Of a DNA stretch of 64,000 nt, positions 62,388-64,000 are shown piece after piece. Location: the NCBI GenBank assembly GCA_030704615.1, contig CM060733.1:76508001-76572000 (forward strand), written 5' to 3'. Positions within the stretch are counted from its first letter, which is position 1, and the number at the start of each line of letters is the position of its first letter. Both the position numbers and the translations under genes were made by a program. Source of the DNA: Takakia lepidozioides. Lineage: Eukaryota > Plantae > Bryophyta. The notes under the pieces are model-generated. The model searched no databases. It was not told where the DNA came from and saw only the letters and a program-made list of their open reading frames with translations.

Positions 62388-63874
62388 TTCGACGATAAGG
62401 AGAAGAAAAAAAGAAAAGTCCCACTTCCGCGAAGACTCTACCTGCAGTTGGACAATTGCATGAAGGAAAACAAAAACAGGTGGATGTTGGCTTTTCTGTC
62501 GCTCCTAACTGCGAGAGGAGTGTTTGAAGAGATTCAGATGGGATTTCTCATGGTTGGCCTATACCCATGAGGACATCGACGGATTCTTCAGTTATTTATC
62601 GAAGAAGCTGAAGCAAAACAACACCTACGTTCTCTCCGATCTTATGAGATTTTTTTATGATACAAGATCTGCAATTTATTCCTCAAATCATTCAAGAGGT
62701 GCCAGATTTCAAGGCGTATGTGGACGGTTGCATTCTCGATGGAAAAAAAGGCTTTAGTTGGGTAAACATAAATGCATGTATTTCGATTCTATGTAGCCGA
62801 AGATGGTTGGCTTGTCATGAAGTTTAAGAAGTTTGCTACTGATTCTGAGTGGCTCCCCAAAAAAGGTGCGGTGAAGATGTGGAAGTCGAATCCCGATGGA
62901 TCTCCAAAGTTGCCTGTAGCAGTACAACCTAGGGCTGTAAAAAAAACACCAATTTGGGATGTGGGAGATGATTCATTCGATAAATAGTCTTTTATCAAAA
63001 CTGGAATTAAAAAATACAGGGAGTTCTGGAAGAAGGGGATGTTGCTTGACGATCATTATCGTGACATCATGATACAGTATGATCAATACTGGGAAGCAAT
63101 CCTTGCAGAACTTGATCTTCCCATTCCTGGAGAATCACGACATTCAATCGCGCTTAAAGAGGGTTTTTGGCCCTCAACCAAGTGGGCTGTCAACCACCAT
63201 AGAGCCGAAATCCATACACCTGCAGAGGATGATCTGTCGGAAGAAGATGAAATCATGGAGCCATATTGTGGTCCCCGGTGTGATAGACCGAAGCAGCCTC
63301 TAAATCCGTTCAATGACTTTGAGAATAGATTCTTCGTCTTGGTTCGACCAATAGATTCCTTGCCAAATCCAATGGTAACAACTCGCTCCTCCACCATGTT
63401 GAGCTCAATCCGCTCAACCAGCAGAAACACATCCGCTAATGTGGGTTGGGCCGCTTGTAACAGGGTTGCATCCCGCACCCTTCTCTTGAGCTCCTTGTCC
63501 AAAATTCCATACCAGAACTGGACTGCCTGAGCTTCAGTAACCCCTTGGGTCATGTGGTCCGCGACAGAGGATCCAGGAATTTTAAGAAGGTTCACGTCGA
63601 ATGGTGGAGACCCAAGAAAGGAGGTAGCCCTTCCGATTTGGACAAGTACAGAGATTGTTGGTCCAAAGTTTGGGAGTTCAATCCAGATGATCCCCCTCAG
63701 TGGACTCACATTAACTTTGTCGTTTGGACAATGCCCGCCAGAAAAAACACAACACGTAATAGCTCTAAGAAAATTACCGCGGTGGAGGCGGAGAAAGCAC
63801 GAGCAAATTTGGATGAGGCCAATCAACAGTCAGACAATGAAGACAATGCAACCTCGGGCGGAGAACAAGGTTGA
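62388..63874 (+). pseudogene. DDE transposase (Sola-like / DUF7869-type), 3' part
   Basis: LYLQLDNCMKENKNRWMLAFLSLL...GVFEEI..GFLMVG/(H)THEDIDGFFSYLS, HVFRF, and a C-terminal FVLVRP...VHVEWWRP beta-barrel-like domain. Frameshifts and stops present. Confidence 0.85.
63355..63544 (-). mobile_element. About 190-bp gag-like retrotransposon fragment inserted antisense in the transposase C-terminus
   Basis: The minus frame reads GVTEAQAVQFWYGILDKELKRRVRDATLLQAAQPTLADVFLLVERIE (gag-like helical pattern) and interrupts FVLVRP..|..LGHVVRD. Confidence 0.5.
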
Positions 63875-64000
63875 CAAGGACATATTGTGGAGGTTCACTC
63901 CTCGGCATGTTTTCAAGAATAAAACTAATGTTTTACCTCCACTCTCCATTTGTTTCTCTTCACGTGTTCAAATATTAATCTACCTCTTTGCCAGCCACCA

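Larger units (their letters stand above)
1..64000 (+). mobile_element. Outer large DNA transposon (Sola-like DDE transposase plus cargo genes). It occupies 1-15340 and 62388 onward. Termini not seen in the window.
   Basis: The transposase halves at 13282-15340 and 62388-63874 rejoin in frame. The same palindromic motif is dispersed across 666-14700, linking the upstream cargo genes to the transposase. Confidence 0.7.

Overview
Repeat-rich nuclear DNA from a land plant. Spliceosomal introns and bryophyte-style PLS PPR motifs suggest a non-seed plant (inference). The window is almost entirely nested transposons. (1) An outer DDE DNA transposon (Sola-like) runs off both edges. Its transposase is split in frame by (2) a 47-kb insertion (15341-62387) with 29-bp TIRs and a 4-bp TSD. 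That insertion holds a split-direct-repeat (Ngaro/DIRS-type) element, a Helitron-like unit with a phage-type SSB-like gene, captured host exons (cyclin, DPB4-like, MnmM-like), many decayed PLS/E PPR copies, a 1.57-kb foldback and (3) a 5'-inverted LINE. The LINE is in turn interrupted by (4) a 13.3-kb MULE with a 9-bp TSD. Main observation: both the outer element and the MULE carry a divergently transcribed, intron-containing gene with a ParB/Srx-like domain plus a degenerate beta-class amino-methyltransferase-like domain. Each element is also studded with its own CpG-rich palindrome (CACGCGCGATCGCGCGTG versus GGAAATTCGGCGCCGAATTTCC), suggesting a ParB/parS-like self-recognition or anti-silencing system. 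The outer element also carries three FCP1/NIF phosphatase-like genes and an ORF with Pol II CTD-like heptads. Most copies here carry stops or frameshifts. All family assignments come from motif recognition by eye, not database searches.
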